UHGV virus genome: UHGV-0205814
From: a virus
DNA length: 39,330 nucleotides
Direction: 5' to 3' (one strand)
In this document: positions 9,862 through 19,870 of the stretch, piece by piece
How the letters are laid out: each line of letters starts with the position of its first letter
Position numbering within the stretch: the first letter of the stretch is position 1
Made by a program: the position numbers and the translations under genes
The notes under the pieces: model-generated
What the model saw: only the letters and a program-made list of their open reading frames with translations
The model's database searches: none
Told to the model about the DNA's origin: nothing

Positions 9862-10189
9862 CTTTCATCATCTCCAACACAAACTCATTAAAATCTGCAT
9901 ATAATCTTGGTAGAATTTCAACTACTCTATAATTAAGATTCTCAACTGTTATAATATCTCCTAGTCTTAATCCATAGCTTTTAAGTATCTTTCCGTTAAG
10001 TTGATTTAAAACCTTTATTGCTGAATTAGGATCTGCTGTTGCTACTTTTAGAGTTTTCTTATAAATAACCATATCCCAATGGTAAACTTCTTCTGCTCCA
10101 TCTGGCTTATGCATATCATATTCAGATTTTCTAGTTACTTGATATTTTCTTAACTCATTTTTAGCAAACTGTGATAATTTAAATTTCAT
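9854..10189 (-). CDS. head-tail joining protein (hypothetical)
   Basis: 111-aa ORF in the head-tail connector cluster. Confidence 0.3.
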   Translation of the reverse strand: MKFKLSQFAKNELRKYQVTRKSEYDMHKPDGAEEVYHWDMVIYKKTLKVATADPNSAIKVLNQLNGKILKSYGLRLGDIITVENLNYRVVEILPRLYADFNEFVLEMMKDE

Positions 10190-10190
10190 T

Positions 10191-10679
10191 TTAAATCCCC
10201 TTGACTATGTACTCTAAACTATTTACCATTGTTCTAGTGTCTATTAATGGCTTTGTTCCACTGCCTTTTCTTTCCTTTGCTTTTATAGTGCTTTCTGCAA
10301 GTTCTGCCCAGCTTCCTTGTTCTATACTTTTTTTAATATATTGAACTATTTGTTTTCCTATATCTTCAAAACATTGTCTAGCTTGCATTTTCCCACTAGC
10401 AACTTGATTTGCATTAAATATAAATCTATTCATTATTTTTTGCATATTAGCGTCTATTGCTGTTCTCCAAAATGGACGAGCAGGATAATGAACATTAAAA
10501 CCTTCTTTTCCATATTCTAGCCACATTGCTATAAGTTCAACTTTTTGTCCGTTAGCTTCTACATTATCTTCATTAAATTGCACAACTAACTTCCATTTCG
10601 CTAATAGATTTAATTGCTTTTCTATATCTGCAAATTTCTTTAAACTTTCAGTTGTAAATTTTACATTAACTCCAATCAT
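10191..10679 (-). CDS. head-tail adaptor, HK97 gp10-like
   Basis: 162 aa, YPARPFWRTAID segment. In the connector cluster downstream of the capsid gene. Confidence 0.35.
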   Translation of the reverse strand: MIGVNVKFTTESLKKFADIEKQLNLLAKWKLVVQFNEDNVEANGQKVELIAMWLEYGKEGFNVHYPARPFWRTAIDANMQKIMNRFIFNANQVASGKMQARQCFEDIGKQIVQYIKKSIEQGSWAELAESTIKAKERKGSGTKPLIDTRTMVNSLEYIVKGI

Positions 10680-11085
10680 AAGTTTTTCTCACATATTTAT
10701 ATAAAATAGCCTTAGCTTGTGAATTTGCAAACACAATATTTCCTATTTTGTTTGTGTTATTTGCTGTATAACTTACAGACATATCACTAATACTCCTACT
10801 TGTTATTCCTTTTTCAACATCTCCTGTATAGTCATCTTCTAAATCTTTAACTATTGAATAGGCTTCCAGTATCTGTGCTTTTTTAATTTCATCAGGTACT
10901 TTTTCTTCATCTATTCTAGGAAATATCAATTCTTGTTTATCAGATTTTCCACTATCTCTTATCATTAGGCTTTCAATCTTATCTAATGCCTTATACAAGC
11001 CTTTTGATAATTCTGTATCTGATACTTCTTCATATCTATTTTTTATAAATTCTTTTGCTTCATCTAATGTTACATAACCTATCAT
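10666..11085 (-). CDS. head-tail connector / DNA-packaging gp6-like protein
   Basis: 139 aa immediately after the major capsid gene. Acidic, consistent with gp6-like connector proteins. Confidence 0.4.
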   Translation of the reverse strand: MIGYVTLDEAKEFIKNRYEEVSDTELSKGLYKALDKIESLMIRDSGKSDKQELIFPRIDEEKVPDEIKKAQILEAYSIVKDLEDDYTGDVEKGITSRSISDMSVSYTANNTNKIGNIVFANSQAKAILYKYVRKTYDWS

Positions 11086-11125
11086 TTATCCCCCTTAAAA
11101 CAAGGGGAGAGCTTTTAACTCTCCA

Positions 11126-11953
11126 TTATGCTTGTGATATTTCTAATTCACATAGTAATTTTGTTTTACCTGTTTCTGTTTCCATAACATCACAACCAAA
11201 TAATTGTAATCCTTTTACATATTCTCCGAATGATTTTTCAAATCTTCCAGCTTCCATTTTGTTTATTTGCATTGCAAGAGTTAAGCCTTGGCTTACTCCT
11301 GCCATACAGTGATATTTCTTAGCTGTTCTTTGTACATTGTTAGATTTATAAATAGTAAATCCTCCCCAGCTTCCAATAAAATAGCTTTGATTAATTCCTA
11401 GTGTATTTTCTCCTTTTGAAATTGTTGGAACTTCTTTTATAAGTTGTCCATAAATTTCAGGTGAAATTACAAGCCATCTATTTGCTGTTGGGACATTATC
11501 TTCATCCATCTTAACTGCTAAATCTATTATTTTATCTGAAACTTTATCAGTACCTATAACGCCAGCAACTTTGCTTTTACATTTTGCATATAATTTAGCA
11601 AGTTCTATATCAACAACATCTGCCATTTCATATATAGCTTGGTCTGTTAATGCTTCTATAACTCCTGGTATAGCTTGAGCCTTATCAACATCGTCCATTT
11701 TTAAAGCAAAATATTTAGCTTTATTGATATTGATTGTTTGATATGCTCCTGTATCTTCTTGGAAAGTTATGTCTGCTCCTGTATAATCTCCAACAGTTAC
11801 TGACCCTATACTTGGCACTCTTACAGAGCTTCCCATATTTTCTATTTTCCCTTCATAATTTCTGTTTGCTAATGCACCAAAAACTAATTGTTTATTTAAG
11901 TTTCTATTTGTTAATTCTGCCCATACTTCTGGTTTAAAAGTTTGATATGACAT
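11126..11953 (-). CDS. major capsid protein
   Basis: 275 aa directly after the scaffold-like gene and before the connector genes. Strong RBS. Call is by position. Confidence 0.55.
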   Translation of the reverse strand: MSYQTFKPEVWAELTNRNLNKQLVFGALANRNYEGKIENMGSSVRVPSIGSVTVGDYTGADITFQEDTGAYQTININKAKYFALKMDDVDKAQAIPGVIEALTDQAIYEMADVVDIELAKLYAKCKSKVAGVIGTDKVSDKIIDLAVKMDEDNVPTANRWLVISPEIYGQLIKEVPTISKGENTLGINQSYFIGSWGGFTIYKSNNVQRTAKKYHCMAGVSQGLTLAMQINKMEAGRFEKSFGEYVKGLQLFGCDVMETETGKTKLLCELEISQA

Positions 11954-11965
11954 ATTTATATCCTC

Positions 11966-12607
11966 CTATTTCTCTCTTAATATTTCTTTTAATTGTTCAT
12001 CTGTTAATTTTGATTTTTCCACATCATTCATTTTTAAAAAGTCCTCATATTTAACTTTTGAATTACCATTATTAGGTGGTAATGTTGGTGGTGTGGTACT
12101 TCCTTTTTCATTAAATAAATCTGGATAAGTTGTTTTAAAATTAGCAACTTGTTCATCAAAACCTGTAATCTTAGCATCTTTAATATCTAATTTAGAAAAG
12201 TCTACTGCATTTACAAGCATTGAACTATATTTAGGTGATATAGCACCTAGTCCAAAACTTACTGCTGTTTTAATAGCTTCCTTTTTATAATCATCAAAAC
12301 TGTTTTTAAATACTATTTCTTTTCCTAAATCATCAGAAGTTACCTTATCTCCTAATTTTGATTTTAAGAATTTAATAGCATTGTCATTATACAGTTTATC
12401 TGATAAACTTTGATTTTTACTTATAAAACTAGTTACTGCCTCTGCTGTTAAAGGCTTGTCTACTTCCTTTACAGTTTCAATCATAAATTTGTTATCAGTT
12501 AGCCATTTCTTACCTTCATCACTTCCTAATATTTTCTTTTCTTCATCACTTATTACTATTTTTCCATCTTTTAATTCCATTTTTTCTCCTCTCGTGCAAT
12601 TTCTCAC
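11966..12607 (-). CDS. capsid scaffolding protein
   Basis: Charged, K/E-rich, predicted coiled-coil protein between the minor head protein and the capsid. The true start may be the internal MELKDGK. Confidence 0.5.
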   Translation of the reverse strand: MRNCTRGEKMELKDGKIVISDEEKKILGSDEGKKWLTDNKFMIETVKEVDKPLTAEAVTSFISKNQSLSDKLYNDNAIKFLKSKLGDKVTSDDLGKEIVFKNSFDDYKKEAIKTAVSFGLGAISPKYSSMLVNAVDFSKLDIKDAKITGFDEQVANFKTTYPDLFNEKGSTTPPTLPPNNGNSKVKYEDFLKMNDVEKSKLTDEQLKEILREK

Positions 12608-12614
12608 ACAAAAT

Positions 12615-13373
12615 TTAATTTAATCTAATAGGTTCAGCCCAACATCTACAATTAAAATCTTCTCCTGGTAATTCATCATTGATACTAAATACTAAACCCT
12701 CTCGTTCAGCGTGTTCTGGTCTAACTCTATCATCTTTTATAGTATGCCAAACAAAATGCTCTATACCGTTCTCAATCATTAGGTCTTTAATCTCTTGTGC
12801 ATATAAATTACCTGTTTCATTTCTTGCAAGATTTTCATTTCTTTTAGTTAGCCATTTTTGTAAATTATTAATATCGTTTTGAATATATGTTCCATTCTCT
12901 ATACTCTTAACAATATCTTTAATCTCTTTACTGGCTCTGTTATTTGCTATATCTTGCTTCAATGCGTTTAATGTAGACTTTGGTACTTCTCCATTTTTTA
13001 ATACATCTAAATTTCTATTATAATTTTTGATTGTATCTATTATTCTTTGTTGTCTAATATCCATTAATTTATCTGCTGTAACTGATGTATTATTAAATAA
13101 ATCATAATTCTTTTTTATCCAGTATTTAGCACCAGTTAAATCAGTTCTTTTTAAATCTTCATCTGTTAAAGTTCTCCAACTTTCAAATGTTGATAAATTA
13201 ACATCAATAGCAACCTTTGTTAAATCTTTTATAATGTTTCTTTTTTCTTCATCTGTTAATTCAAATAATGGTAATTGCCCATTACTTACGCTTTTTCTTG
13301 CTCTTCCAATTCTCTTTTTAGTATAGAATTGAAATATTATTCTTAATCTATTTTCTTGTGCTAAGGGGAACAT
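12615..13373 (-). CDS. minor head protein, SPP1 gp7 / Mu F family
   Basis: C-terminal motif VWHTIKDDRVRPEHAEREGLVF...NCRCWAEP matches the Phage_Mu_F head-morphogenesis domain. Lies directly after the portal gene. Confidence 0.7.
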   Translation of the reverse strand: MFPLAQENRLRIIFQFYTKKRIGRARKSVSNGQLPLFELTDEEKRNIIKDLTKVAIDVNLSTFESWRTLTDEDLKRTDLTGAKYWIKKNYDLFNNTSVTADKLMDIRQQRIIDTIKNYNRNLDVLKNGEVPKSTLNALKQDIANNRASKEIKDIVKSIENGTYIQNDINNLQKWLTKRNENLARNETGNLYAQEIKDLMIENGIEHFVWHTIKDDRVRPEHAEREGLVFSINDELPGEDFNCRCWAEPIRLN

Positions 13374-13376
13374 ATG

Positions 13377-14888
13377 TTATTCCTCCTTTACTTCTAGTCC
13401 TAAATCTTTCATTATATCTTTTGAAAGCTCCTCTAATTTAACTTGTAATTCTTCTTCTCTTGTTATTCCAGCAAGTGTATTCATTATGTCAATTAGCTTT
13501 TCTTGATATGCTACATTAGTTTTTATTAGCTCTATTTCTTTATCTGTATCTTTTCCAAGTATCCCCAAAAACTTAATAGCTGTTTCTAAACTCATTACAT
13601 TATTTTGGATACCTTGTACTACAATAGCCATCTTTTCAGTTAATGATAAACTCAAAATATCTTGTGCTTCTATTTGTAAATCTATTTCTTTACCTTTTAT
13701 CTTCTTAAATCCCCATAGAATGATGTTTTTTATTCCTGTAATACATTTACTTCTCTTGCTTTCTACTGTTGCAATAGTCCTTTCTAAACTTCTTCTTTTA
13801 GCTTCTCCGCTTGATATGCTTCCACCTAAATCAATTCCAAAAGCTAAATCATTAACTCCTAACTGTTTATAAATATCATTTTTGATATCTTCCTTGTGTA
13901 ATTTCCATTCTTGCGTTTTTGTTTCAAGTTGAACTTGTTTAACTTCTTTATCGTCTTTATTTACAACAATTACTCTTCCATCTAGTCTTACAGTACTACG
14001 ACCATTTTTATCAATTTCAATTACGCTGTCTGGAACTTGCAACAATGGATTAGCAACCTTTTGAAACGCTTGTGATGTTAAAGTATCTCCAATAACTAAC
14101 TCCCTTACATTACCAACTAAGTCATCATTATAGTCACTTGTACCAAATATATTTTCTATCTCAACTACTGCCCAACCTTGAGCTTGATTATCCTTATAAC
14201 CTAAACCATCTGCAATCATTCCATTTTTTGTTAAGTCAAAAGGATAAGGTGCTTCGCTTATAGAATTATCATTTATTTTGTACGCTCTATATTCAATGCT
14301 ATCTAGTTCATAGATTTCACATATAAGCGTTTTTTTACTTTTATCATCTTGTGATAGGTTATAGATTACATATCCATCTATTAATTTTGGATTATATTCA
14401 TTCCTAATCGGGAAATAATCTTTTGGAGTAACTGGATAGAAGCTAAATCTGTCTAATTGTGTAACTCCTTTTAAAAGTAATTTACCAGCCCAAGATTGAA
14501 TAACCATAGTTTTACCTAGTAAATCATCTAGGTCAAAATCTTTTATAAGGTCAAAATCTTTCTGATTAGTAACTAACTTCTTACTTGTTGCATATTCTGC
14601 ATATAGTCTTGTTGCTGCCTGTAATAATCCATTACCTACAACCAAATCTTTAAGACTATATCCTATACTATTTGTTTTTAAACTTTTAAAGTTATCAATA
14701 TAATAAGATTTCATATAACCTTTATTATCAACTATTCCCATATATTCAAGGTTTACTCTTGCTTTTACATCTGCAAAAAATACATCTGCACTTTTACCAT
14801 CTGATAGCTTCCTGTATTTTTCACAGTTTCTATGGATATCAGTTTGTATATAATCGTTATATGCTTTTAATATTCTTTCCTTTTCCAT
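13377..14888 (-). CDS. portal protein
   Basis: 503 aa between terminase large and the Mu-F-like gene, the canonical portal position and size. Confidence 0.6.
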   Translation of the reverse strand: MEKERILKAYNDYIQTDIHRNCEKYRKLSDGKSADVFFADVKARVNLEYMGIVDNKGYMKSYYIDNFKSLKTNSIGYSLKDLVVGNGLLQAATRLYAEYATSKKLVTNQKDFDLIKDFDLDDLLGKTMVIQSWAGKLLLKGVTQLDRFSFYPVTPKDYFPIRNEYNPKLIDGYVIYNLSQDDKSKKTLICEIYELDSIEYRAYKINDNSISEAPYPFDLTKNGMIADGLGYKDNQAQGWAVVEIENIFGTSDYNDDLVGNVRELVIGDTLTSQAFQKVANPLLQVPDSVIEIDKNGRSTVRLDGRVIVVNKDDKEVKQVQLETKTQEWKLHKEDIKNDIYKQLGVNDLAFGIDLGGSISSGEAKRRSLERTIATVESKRSKCITGIKNIILWGFKKIKGKEIDLQIEAQDILSLSLTEKMAIVVQGIQNNVMSLETAIKFLGILGKDTDKEIELIKTNVAYQEKLIDIMNTLAGITREEELQVKLEELSKDIMKDLGLEVKEE

Positions 14889-16184
14889 TTAAACTCCTAT
14901 TGGCTTCTTAATTTCTCCGCTTTTATATACAGTAGCCTTATATTTTTCTAGTCCATATCTCATAGCGTCAACTGTGTGTGGATCCAGTGTAAATTTATCC
15001 TCTAAGTAATTCCCATTCTTATCTTTTTCGTGGCATAGTTCAGTAAGTTCTCTATATGTATTAATGCACTTATCAGAAACTATAATCTTGTAAAAACTTT
15101 TGAGCTTCTGTAAACCGTCTAATATACTTCCTGCACCTTTTTCACAACTAATTATTTTAAATCCTGCTCTTCTAATTTCTTCTGTTGTTTCTGGTCTTGC
15201 ATTATCTGCAATAATTTCTCTATGATTTAACTTCAAATACTCCATAGATTTTATTAATTCACTTGTGATTAAGTTCTTGTTATATAATTCATCATAGACA
15301 TATAAAACATTATTTTCCCTATCCAGAGCCATTCTAACGAGTGCATTATATGAAATACTAAATCCATAATCTAAGCCATCATATAAATTACCTAATCCGT
15401 ATTTACTTAGTTCTTTTACTATTTCTTGTACTTCTTCATCATTAGATTTTTGAATATTTGTAAATACTCTTTCTCCAACTATTCCAAATCTTCCCTGATA
15501 TGCTATTCTGTATCTTTCAATATCATAAGTCTCAAAATTTTTTAATTGCTGGATATATTCATCAGTAACAAAAGCATTATCCTCAACAACTGAATGATGG
15601 TAGTAAGTATCATCTGTTAATATAATTCTTTTTTGATAAAGTTCTTCTTCATCTATTCCAGCTTTTTTAATAAATCTTTCATAAGTCCAATTATTAATGC
15701 TAACTGGGTTATTAGTTAAGAATATATGTAAGTCTTTACCTAATGCTCTTAATCTTCCATTCAATTCATTAAAAGCGTTGTAACTAATTTCAGGACACTC
15801 TTCAATCCAAATCATATCTACATTATCAATGGACTTTAATTTATCTGCGTCATCAAGTCCCATAAAGATAAATTCGCTCCCATTCCTTCCTCTAATGTGT
15901 AAAGGATTTGTTGTATATGTGAAAAAGCTATTTAAGCTGTAATTACTGATAACTCCTTTTAACAATGAAAAGCAACTTTCTTTTATAGTTCTGTAAACTG
16001 CTCTAACTACTAATATTCTTCTTTTCTCTTGCAATGCCTTTAATACTAGTTTTAAGGCTGTATGGTATGATTTACTGCTTCCATATCCTCCAACGATGTA
16101 ATAAAACCTCTTATCCCAGTTATTTAGATAATCAATAAAATGCTCATTAGCTTGTATATTAATTTTCATTTCTTTTAACTCCAT
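14889..16184 (-). CDS. terL: terminase large subunit (PBSX-type)
   Basis: Walker A-like GGYGSSKS near the N-terminus and ATPase and nuclease domain organisation. 431 aa. Overlaps the small subunit gene. Confidence 0.8.
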   Translation of the reverse strand: MELKEMKINIQANEHFIDYLNNWDKRFYYIVGGYGSSKSYHTALKLVLKALQEKRRILVVRAVYRTIKESCFSLLKGVISNYSLNSFFTYTTNPLHIRGRNGSEFIFMGLDDADKLKSIDNVDMIWIEECPEISYNAFNELNGRLRALGKDLHIFLTNNPVSINNWTYERFIKKAGIDEEELYQKRIILTDDTYYHHSVVEDNAFVTDEYIQQLKNFETYDIERYRIAYQGRFGIVGERVFTNIQKSNDEEVQEIVKELSKYGLGNLYDGLDYGFSISYNALVRMALDRENNVLYVYDELYNKNLITSELIKSMEYLKLNHREIIADNARPETTEEIRRAGFKIISCEKGAGSILDGLQKLKSFYKIIVSDKCINTYRELTELCHEKDKNGNYLEDKFTLDPHTVDAMRYGLEKYKATVYKSGEIKKPIGV

Positions 16185-16614
16185 TAATAGTTATAGATAC
16201 ATTGTTATCTTCTATGTCTATGTCTTGTTTATCTTTCCATTTACTTGATTTTCTGTTCTTCAACCAAAATATTTGAGCTGCTACATCTCCTGCCATTTCT
16301 TTTGTTACTTCTTTAATATATGTACTTTTCTTTCCGTCTATCTCTTTTACTTCTTTTATAACTTCTTTATACTTGTATCCTATGGCTCTTTTAAATAAAG
16401 CATTTTCAACTTCTATGTCTGCAACTTCTTTACCTTTTTTTATAGCCTCAAAAAACTCAATATATTTGCTTTTATATGTATAAAATGTTTGGATACTTAT
16501 ATTTAAGTTATTACATATTTGTTCATCTGTTAATCCGTCTCTTTTCCAAGCCTCTATTTCTATAAGTCTTGGTTTAACATCTGTTTCATATTTACTTTTA
16601 GCAATTGTTATCAC
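16159..16614 (-). CDS. terS: terminase small subunit
   Basis: 151 aa with an N-terminal HTH-like segment (LTDEQICNNLNISIQTFYTYK). Immediately upstream of and overlapping terL. Confidence 0.6.
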   Translation of the reverse strand: MITIAKSKYETDVKPRLIEIEAWKRDGLTDEQICNNLNISIQTFYTYKSKYIEFFEAIKKGKEVADIEVENALFKRAIGYKYKEVIKEVKEIDGKKSTYIKEVTKEMAGDVAAQIFWLKNRKSSKWKDKQDIDIEDNNVSITINGVKRNEN

Positions 16615-16675
16615 CTCTATTTATTAAAATATTGCTTTATTTCACCTATATTTTTATTAATTATTTTTAACTCTT

Positions 16676-17032
16676 TCATTTTTTACCTCGTTTTTGTTTA
16701 TACATTAAAATCTTATGTATATAGTTAGGCTCCAACTTCTCAACTTTATTGAGTAATTTCTTATCATTAAAATGCTCCCAGTATATAGTTCCTTGTGCTA
16801 AGTTTCCAAATAAAACCTGTCCTTCAATATCTTTAAATCTCGTTATTTCTTTGGAGTTCCTATTTATGTTTAAACTTTCTTCAACTGTTTCAAACTCTAA
16901 ATTTAGTCCTAGTACCTTATTTAATAAAGTTGTATGTGTATCTATATAGCTTCCTATGTATAATTTACCTAGTACAAATAATACTGGTGCATCTCTGAAG
17001 CCTATATCAAAATATTTTTTATATGTTTTCAT
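16676..17032 (-). CDS. hypothetical protein upstream of terminase
   Basis: 118-aa ORF. Preceded by a 356-bp intergenic region carrying an extended -10 element (TGcTATAAT). Confidence 0.3.
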   Translation of the reverse strand: MKTYKKYFDIGFRDAPVLFVLGKLYIGSYIDTHTTLLNKVLGLNLEFETVEESLNINRNSKEITRFKDIEGQVLFGNLAQGTIYWEHFNDKKLLNKVEKLEPNYIHKILMYKQKRGKK

Positions 17033-17388
17033 AAAATCTCCTGAAAAACAAAAAAGGACTTAAATAAAAAACTAATAAGATTTTTACATCTTAATTAATT
17101 TGTTATCTAAGTCCTTCTACTTTATATTATAAAGCTGTCAATAGATTTCTCTACTTAACGACTTGGTCTTTTAGTTGTTGTTTGTATTATAGCATACATA
17201 TACAGTAAATTCAATATTTATGTTTTGCTTTTATTTTGAATTTTAACAATATTTATATGCTCACATCTACATTTTATTTTTAAGGTATTTTCATCTAAAT
17301 ACTCAACTGACTTACATTTTATTTTTATATTATTTTTGCTTTTTATACTGGCTATAAATTTATTACAATTTTTACATCTGTAAATCAA

Positions 17389-18093
17389 TTAATTCAACTC
17401 CTCAATATTATTATTTCTTTTAAAATTTAATATACTTTCAACATATACTTTTGAATATCCATCAATTAATTTTATTTTATTTTTAATTTCAATAATATCA
17501 TCTTCAAACTGTCTTTTTAAATCTATAAAGTTATCTACAATTTTATTTTGAACTTTCAAACTGGGTATTTCTATTATCATATTTTCAAAATCTGATTTAG
17601 ATAACCTTTTAACTTTTTCCCCAGTTACTTTATTATAAATATACTCTCTAACTTTATCTTTATAATTGAAGTAAAATGATATGTACTTTAAATCAATAAT
17701 ATCTTTAAAGCTATCTTTTAATACTAAGATTGCAACATTGCCATTTATTGCAGCACCTTCTTCATTTTGGTATAAAACACATCTTCCTATATCTTTATAT
17801 TCAAAATCTTCTAAATTTACTAATATTTGTCCTTTATTAATCTTTGTAGCTTTTTCATAAACTTTATTGTCTATCTTGCTTATTATTTCATTGGCAAAAC
17901 AATCATATTTTTTTGAAATTTCTCCATAAAATATAGCTGGTTTCCCAATTATATTTATATCTCTTTTTGTAAAAATATCTTTTTTACTCATATACTTTAT
18001 ATCAAAAATATCAAATATTCTTACCTCTGCACTGCCTCGAACAGAGATAATAATTTCAATTGCTTCTCTGATACAGTCATCGAACTCTTGCAT
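17389..18093 (-). CDS. restriction-modification specificity subunit, single target-recognition domain (half HsdS-like)
   Basis: C-terminal conserved HsdS-type helix (IPSLKVQNKIVDNFIDLKRQFEDDIIEIKNKIKL) after a single variable TRD. The annotated start overlaps the methyltransferase by 73 nt. An internal Met at ~17991 (MSKKDIF) would remove the overlap. Confidence 0.5.
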   Translation of the reverse strand: MQEFDDCIREAIEIIISVRGSAEVRIFDIFDIKYMSKKDIFTKRDINIIGKPAIFYGEISKKYDCFANEIISKIDNKVYEKATKINKGQILVNLEDFEYKDIGRCVLYQNEEGAAINGNVAILVLKDSFKDIIDLKYISFYFNYKDKVREYIYNKVTGEKVKRLSKSDFENMIIEIPSLKVQNKIVDNFIDLKRQFEDDIIEIKNKIKLIDGYSKVYVESILNFKRNNNIEELN

Positions 18094-19007
18094 TTATTCT
18101 TACCTTTCATTTCCTTTTCATATTGATTACATATTACTCTTAATTTTCTTATATTTCCTATTACATCAATATTTGCTCCACATTCTTTAACTAAAAAGAC
18201 ATCTAACTCTAAGTTATTTTTAACACTATTTATCCAAAGTTCAGAAGTCTGATTATTTAAAGCATTTATGTCAATTTCTTCTACTTCTCGTTCCTCTTGT
18301 GGTTGTTGCCAAAAGCATTCAGCTTCTAAAATCCATTCATCTTCTAAAATTTGTTTATCTAATTTACAGTCATAGATTTCTCTAAAAACTTTATTATTAG
18401 TTTTTTCTTTATCTATGACTATAAATAATACAGATATAGTTGTATCTGTGAATGCATTATCAATCCTATTTAACTCAGCTAGGTTATTTCCTATAAGTTT
18501 TCTAAATGTTTCTTCACTTCTTCTATAACCTACACCAGGAAAAAGAATATAAAAACCATATCTTTTTGTATATTTAAGAGATTTTAAAACAAATATATCA
18601 TCTACAACCCCTGACTTCTTCCATTCAAAGTCTTTTTGTATATTCTTTTGTTCTATTTCTGATAAATCTTTAAATTTTATTGAGAATGGGGGATTCATGA
18701 TTACACAGTCTACAAGTAAATCGTTTTTTTCATATTCAAAAAAACTTTTTACTTCAAGTTTTGTATTTTTAAAGTTCTCTCTAGCTGAATTAATAGAGTT
18801 TTCTTGTACATCTACACCATATAAAATTCCTGGTTCAACAAATTGTTCTAATTGTCCACTTCCAACTGCACCATCAAACACAGTTGGATTTTCTATATTT
18901 AGATATTTTTTAACTTTACCAGCTACATATTTTCTTAGTTCTGTACCTGTTATATATTCAGCTAATTTTTTACTCACTTCTCTATTGTTGTGTTCTTTAA
19001 AACTCAT
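18021..19007 (-). CDS. N6-adenine DNA methyltransferase (gamma class)
   Basis: Motif I FDGAVGSGQL followed by motif IV VIMNPPF (NPPF catalytic motif). 328 aa, shorter than canonical HsdM. Confidence 0.75.
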   Translation of the reverse strand: MSFKEHNNREVSKKLAEYITGTELRKYVAGKVKKYLNIENPTVFDGAVGSGQLEQFVEPGILYGVDVQENSINSARENFKNTKLEVKSFFEYEKNDLLVDCVIMNPPFSIKFKDLSEIEQKNIQKDFEWKKSGVVDDIFVLKSLKYTKRYGFYILFPGVGYRRSEETFRKLIGNNLAELNRIDNAFTDTTISVLFIVIDKEKTNNKVFREIYDCKLDKQILEDEWILEAECFWQQPQEEREVEEIDINALNNQTSELWINSVKNNLELDVFLVKECGANIDVIGNIRKLRVICNQYEKEMKGKNKCKSSMTVSEKQLKLLSLFEAVQR

Positions 19008-19353
19008 TTAATTCCTCAATTTCAATTATAAAACAATCTCTATCACAGCCTAATTTCTTGCTTGAAGATAATTCATATATTAATTTATCATCTTCATATA
19101 GAAAGCCGTTAAAACTATCTAATATAGCTTTAAAATAGTTGTCTATATCTCTTTCTCTTTTGCTCTTGAAACATAGTTCTATTTTAACTTTAATTTTATC
19201 TTTAAAGGTTTTATACTTCTGTGATTTTATAAACTGTTGAACATTATCCCTGAACTCTCTGCCTTTCTTGCTAAGATAAGTTACATTGTTACCTCTTCTC
19301 CAATGTGTGTTCATACTATCTGGCTTATATGGTATCTCAAACCTTTGCTTCAT
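18997..19353 (-). CDS. rusA: RusA-family Holliday junction resolvase
   Basis: ~118 aa. Conserved acidic residues (RERDIDNY, YEDDKLIYEL, GCDRD) typical of RusA endodeoxyribonuclease. Confidence 0.7.
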   Translation of the reverse strand: MKQRFEIPYKPDSMNTHWRRGNNVTYLSKKGREFRDNVQQFIKSQKYKTFKDKIKVKIELCFKSKRERDIDNYFKAILDSFNGFLYEDDKLIYELSSSKKLGCDRDCFIIEIEELNEF

Positions 19354-19357
19354 CTCA

Positions 19358-19861
19358 TCACTTCCACGAAAGCAATGCTATTGAAAGAGCTTCTACAAAT
19401 ACTAATACACCAAAGAAAAAGTTTATACTTTCTGCTCTGCTCAATTTATTATCTGTGTCATAAAAACTTTCATTCCAATATAAAGCTTGATTTCTATAAT
19501 ATTCTTTTTCTTTCTCTGCTTCTTCTCTTTTTTCTCCAGCTTCCTTAGCTTGTGTTATATAAAATATTCTTTCAGCTTCTAACTTCTCAAATTTATCTTT
19601 TAAATTTGCTTTTTCTTTGTTTTTGGCTAGCAAATTATTATTTAAAATTTCTATTTCTTCTTTTAAACTCTCAATCTCTTTGATGTAAGCCTTGTTGTTT
19701 TGTGGCTTATGTCTTAGATTTTTAATTAAATTTAATAAATATTCCTCGCATTCTTCCTTGCTACTTAATTTAGCAGCATTAAAAGTAACTCCTGCCTCTT
19801 TGTTAGCTTTTGTTATAAAGCCTCTGTAGTAATCTCTCATTGTCATTTTTTTATTTACCAT
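19358..19861 (-). CDS. coiled-coil protein with C-terminal transmembrane helix
   Basis: Central K/E-rich heptad-like region and a C-terminal hydrophobic segment (FFFGVLVFVEALSIALLSW). Confidence 0.35.
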   Translation of the reverse strand: MVNKKMTMRDYYRGFITKANKEAGVTFNAAKLSSKEECEEYLLNLIKNLRHKPQNNKAYIKEIESLKEEIEILNNNLLAKNKEKANLKDKFEKLEAERIFYITQAKEAGEKREEAEKEKEYYRNQALYWNESFYDTDNKLSRAESINFFFGVLVFVEALSIALLSWK

Positions 19862-19870
19862 TTGTTCCTC

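Noticed and set aside
17389-18093. Full two-TRD Type I HsdS subunit
   Set aside because: Only one variable domain and one conserved C-terminal helix are present within 234 aa, so it is a half-S (single TRD) at most.
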